NCBI GenBank assembly: GCA_030141605.1
Contig: JAQGDQ010000054.1
Coordinates: 186,001-250,000 of the forward strand
Origin: Tubiluchus corallicola
Lineage: Eukaryota > Animalia > Priapulida
Reading direction: 5' to 3'
Length of the DNA stretch: 64,000 nucleotides
Below are positions 59,331-64,000 of the stretch, piece by piece. A model generated the notes under the pieces. That model ran no database searches, was not told the DNA's origin, and saw only the letters and a program-made list of their open reading frames with translations. Each line of letters starts with the position of its first letter. The stretch's first letter is position 1. A program made the position numbers and the translations under genes.

Positions 59331-62300
59331 ACAAGTCAAGCTCCTGCCACACCACAAATATTTTCTTGAGTATGCTCTGTTTTTGAGTGCTTTTTGGCAT
59401 GCAGTGTGTCGAAGTATTTAAAAAACATCGTTCATAAAGGTACTTAGTTATTTTGTTACCAGTCCATAAAACTTATGTTTTCATCACCGTTTCTTTGCTT
59501 GTTTGTCTATCTGCTAACAGGATTACACAAAAACTACTTCAAACCAAATGCTGAAACTTTATGGAGCAGTGGGGCATCAAGAAAGGAAGAGCCCATTCAA
59601 TTCTAATGTTTGTCTTTTCAAGTAATCATTGAAGCTATAAAAAACGCTCCTCGCATGGAATTTTCGAGGGGAGCCGTTATTGCGCTTTTTAATTTTTCTT
59701 TTTTATTCTAGTAGATCTAGTAACTGAATCACTGGGTAACTATGATGACTTTATGTGACCTTGACATATTAACACTGCATACATGTAATGACTTTGTGTA
59801 ACTTGATGTATTAAACATAGTATAAATTAGTTAGTCTTGTCATGACTAGCAAATCACAAGGTGTAGGACTGCATAATGAATACTAAAGCTATTTGCCGCA
59901 TACCCAAATTGCTGCACCAAAAAAATACACTGTTTATTAAAATATTGGATCCAGTGATTACAAAATTATATTACAGACATATTACAGAGATATATTACAG
60001 ACAGTTTCTTAATTGGTGGTGCTAAGTTCAATAATGTAACATGTAACAATGCATGTAAAATTCAAATCTGAAACTGATGAGCAGGCCATAAAAACTACAA
60101 AAATAAATGTCTAAACAATTTCCATTCATTTAATTACAGGAATAATATTTACTGTATTGGTTTACTAATTCCTAGTTTAATCAGTGAGAGTGCGCAGTTT
60201 TAATGCAAATACAGTACAATACACTATAATTCCAAAAATGAGAAATTATTACACTTGCACTGTATAATACGTAACTATTTTCGTCAGCTGCAAAATCAGA
60301 AAGTGATGATCAGTGACCAAGCACAATAATAAATTGTGATCAGTATGTCAGTAACAAGACGACTGGCTAAGAATGCTGTAAACCGTCCATTAAGAGAGTG
60401 CGCCCTTTCTGTTACCAATAATGGCAGCGTCCTGGTGTTAAGGACAAAAAACCTCAAAGAAAAAAGTCGATAATTTGAAAAAACTATGTTTTTTGAAATT
60501 TGTTTACTGGTACTAGTCATTTACTAGCTAGAAGTTTTACTTATTTGCTTTCCAAACAGTGACTTTTTGCTCGCCCAATGGGTGACTCTGAAAGTCACTA
60601 CAAGTGGGGAGCACAGTAAAATGCGCTTCCAAATTCAAAAGAGGGGGCAAAAGGTAACCACTGCAACTCAGTAATGACTGATTAAGAATTGCAAAAAAAT
60701 GAATTTTTATTAATTAAGTCTCAACCTAAGCATCTATATTCCGTATGCATTAGGGAGGTTTGCATTAGACTGAATGGCATTTTTTGCTTTAATATTTACA
60801 TGTTAAGCTGCATTGTTTCAGTAGTCACAAATTCAAAATGCCCTTAATTTCTGATGATAATTATATGATCAAATAACAGAGTGTGCGATTATTACGAACT
60901 AACATAAAAGCAAACTAATGACGACAGTCAGTCTACTTATGGTACAATGTAGCATATAAATTATGAAGCTTGTGGAACAAGAGTAAGCTTACATGCTTTT
61001 AACTAAATTCATAGTCAAGGCCTCATTGCAGCAGTTTAATTTGCATACGAATATGCGTATAGCACAGTTATTTTCAGTTACCCCCATGGCAAAAGAAACT
61101 TACAAAAAGAACCTGTCATATTAATATATGTAATACTGTAAAAGAATTATCAATATATAGTACAATATATATATATGCACAGTATAGTAATTACAATACA
61201 TCATAACACATACACAGGCCCCATAGTTTACCAGTTTTCCAAATCACTTAAAATCAAAATATCCAGGTTTTCTAATTACCTGTTTTCAATGTATTTGGTT
61301 ATGCAACATAATATAAGAATCCACTGAACACTGAAAAAAAGGATATTATCATCCATACAGGTATTTCGTACAAACTATAGATTCACATTTTTCAATTCTC
61401 CAAACTGCTGGGTTTGGTTCAGTGGGTCTGCAGAGTATATGCAATACCAGCTGATCCTAGTGATTCTGCTGGAATCCGCCACAAAAAAATCAATAATTTC
61501 AAAAGCTAAGACACTTTTCTTGTTTAGGTGGTTTGTGAGAAATAATCGGATGATAGGCATTAAGGGACTACTGAGCAACTAGATGTGAATGTTATCTAGG
61601 TCTAAGCTTAGATTTCAGAAAAATCAAAATTAAGGCTTTGAAGCATGGTCCCTAAAATAATATAGTTAAGAAATACATTGGAGCTACATCTCTGCCAGGT
61701 TTGCAAGCCCACATAGTAGGACCAAATATCCACAGTCCACAAAAAATATTAAGGTCCAAGATCCACAAGTGACAAAATATTAATAATGACAGACCTCAGT
61801 AGTACACAGGTATGACAATAACCCTTTTTCAGTGTTCACGAGAGGATTAGACTATGTTGCACAGCCAAATAGTTTCAATTTAATCAACATTCAATACATT
61901 AAACACAAAAAAATAAAAAAGGTTATTTCTTTTCTTCCCAAGTCCACTGAAAGGAATTCATAATATTTTTTACCACAAAACTTATACTGTTGAGTTGTAT
62001 TTTCATTCTACTTGGGTTCTGTCCAGGTTTAGGGGATTATTTCAATATACCTGTAACAGGAGTATCACTGAATTGTAGAACTAGTACTTAGTAGCTTAAA
62101 TATAGGTACAAAAGCTAGAAAAAGGGATGATAAAAAGATCCGATTATCACTGATCAATTACTACACTGTTAAAATTTGAAAAATGATATATAGTTCACAT
62201 AACTTGTTTTTAGCAAAGTGGAAATTTACAGAAAACCTTAGCTAACTAAAGCACAGTGCAGTCAGAATACAGCCGTACTTAACACATTCACAGTTCAAGC

Positions 62301-62709
62301 TAAATTTTATTTTTATAATGTACACAATTTTACCGGTAATTGCCAAAACAAGAAATTATAAATCTAATAAAGTAGCAAACCTATTCAAAAATTCATTATT
62401 TTTAAAGTACTACACAAATTCCTTTCCACTAAAACTAAACCGAAAAACAATGACTGTAGGGCGCGGAGTACGATACTAGCCGAAATAGAGCACTTCCACT
62501 AATACGCATGTGCTAAATTTGCGGAAAAGTAGTGCCGTGTACACGGACAGCCCAAGTAGGGCACTGACGATTTCTGTCGAGAATCGAGAATTATGACATA
62601 ATAAAACGCGAAACTTAATTTGTTTTAGAAAAAGTAACTTTATAATAATGATGATAGTCCTTGGCAATTTACAAATGTATTTTTTACAATAATAGTTTAT
62701 CATCATTAT

Positions 62710-64000
62710 TTGTTGTTGTTGGCATCCTTCTGTCTCGAAAGACAATGGATTGTGCGCCAAGAGAGTCAGTTATTAATAAAATTGATGGAGCTGCAGCGTC
62801 GACTGTGACTGAGCCGTCCGATCCTTGAGCGGCAGTTCCGGCTGCAGGTTACACATTGGAAGGCTGTTTCATCCGGATGAGGTAGGGCATCTTTCTGGTG
62901 CCTGCGAGTCCTTTTATCCTCTTGTTTTTCCTCCCTCGTTTTCTCCGCTCTGTTAATGGCTGTCCTAACAGCAGATTTCCAGTTGCTTCGATCTGCCGCA
63001 AGCGCCTCGTAATTTGCTGGTGTCATGCCGCCTGCCTTGAGGTCCCGTTTACATACATCTTTGTAGCGGAGCAGTGGCCTCCCGGTGGGTCGGGAGCCAG
63101 TAGCAAGCTCACCGTACAGAATGTCCTTGGGCAATCTGCCGTCCTGCATGCGGGAAACATGGCCTAGCCAGCGCAGACGTCTGTTGGTGAGTATGGCATA
63201 CATGCTAGGGATTCCAGCTTTTGCTAGCACATCCTTGTTGGTTATGTGCTCTTGCCATGAGATGCCCAGGATTCTTCTGAGGCAGCGTTGGTGGAAAGCA
63301 TTGAGCCTGCGTTCTTGATGGCTATACAGAGTCCAACTCTCGCTCCCGTACAACAGTGTGCTCAGTACACATGCTTGGTACACCTGGGACTTTGTCCTGA
63401 TAGTCAGCATGTTGTTTTCCCACACCCTCTTTGTTAAGCGAGCCATCGTTGATGAGGCCTTGCCGATTCTGGAGTTCAGTTCTGTGGCCAAGCTAAGATT
63501 GCTGGAAATAACAGAACCAAGATAGGTGAAATCTTCCACCACGTCAAGGCAGCAGTCATCGATGGAGATGTGAGGGGCTGGGGAAACATTTTGGCCTAAA
63601 ACCTTGGTCTTTTGGATGCTGATTGTGAGGCCAAACTCACTGCAGGCATGGGCAAAGTTGTCAATGAGGCCTTGGAGGCCGGCTTCAGTGTGAGCTGTCA
63701 GTGCGGCATCATCTGCAAACAGCATTTCACGAAAGAGAATTTTGCGAACCCGTGACTTTGCTCGGAGACGAGAGAGGTTGAACAGGCTGCCGTCGCTTCG
63801 TGTGTGTAAATAGACTCCCTCTTCAGTTTCTTTAAATGCATAGCGCAGCAGCAGAGAGAACAGGGTACCAAAGAGGGTTGGGGCGAGGACACATCCTTGT
63901 TTAACTGTGCTTTTGATTGGGAATGGGTGTGAGGAAGAGCCGTCGGACTGAACAGTACCTTTCATTTCCTCGTGGAAGGAAGTAATCAGTCTCAGCAGCT
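62710..64000 (-). mobile_element. Intact-looking RTE (RTE-1/BovB-like) LINE, 3' part; continues beyond the window
   Basis: Uninterrupted ORF from the window edge (LLRLITSFHEEMKG...) to TGA at 62766. Motifs: VKQGCVLAPTLF, LFNLSRLRAK, MLFADD, FGLTIS..KTK, FTYLGS, LLYGSESWT, RRLRWLGHV.RM.DGRLPKDILYGEL, RYKDVCKRDLK and C-terminal C..C.R.CRSRIG..SH.RRC. Short 3'UTR and (CAA)n tail at ~62710-62721. Confidence 0.95.

Noticed and set aside
45000-62400. Additional host protein-coding gene or novel multi-gene system in the long upstream region
   Set aside because: No ORF or exon chain with recognisable domains; content is explained by TE fragments and candidate NCK 5' elements. Small divergent exons cannot be excluded without RNA data.
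62898-63892. Short ORFs overlapping the RTE ORF
   Set aside because: Antisense or off-frame shadows of a GC-rich coding region.

Overview
AT-rich, intron-rich eukaryotic DNA, most likely from an invertebrate animal; the taxon cannot be fixed from the sequence. No prokaryotic features, rRNA operon, intact tRNA or CRISPR array were seen. Four conserved genes were reconstructed exon by exon: the 3' part of USP7 (+, 17 exons visible, 325-8779, including a GC-AG intron), MRPS30/mL65 (+, 5 coding exons, 16786-22420), MAP2K4/MKK4 (-, 11 coding exons, 24063-29763) and NCK/Dock (-, 3 coding exons, 34047-42908). NCK is preceded by ~20 kb of non-coding sequence holding candidate 5'UTR exons. The rest is a dense mix of transposons: a decayed near-full-length RTE-type LINE, an intact-looking RTE/BovB-like LINE cut off by the window end, a relic of an R2/HERO-type (RLE) retroelement, L2 and CR1-like fragments, tRNA- and 5S-derived SINE-like remnants, and several MITEs with readable TIRs and TSDs. 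I found no convincing new biological system. The best leads are an ATG-less in-frame N-terminal extension of MKK4, the young RTE element, a tail-to-tail LINE palindrome, back-to-back poly(A) signals of MRPS30 and MKK4, and the RLE relic in USP7.
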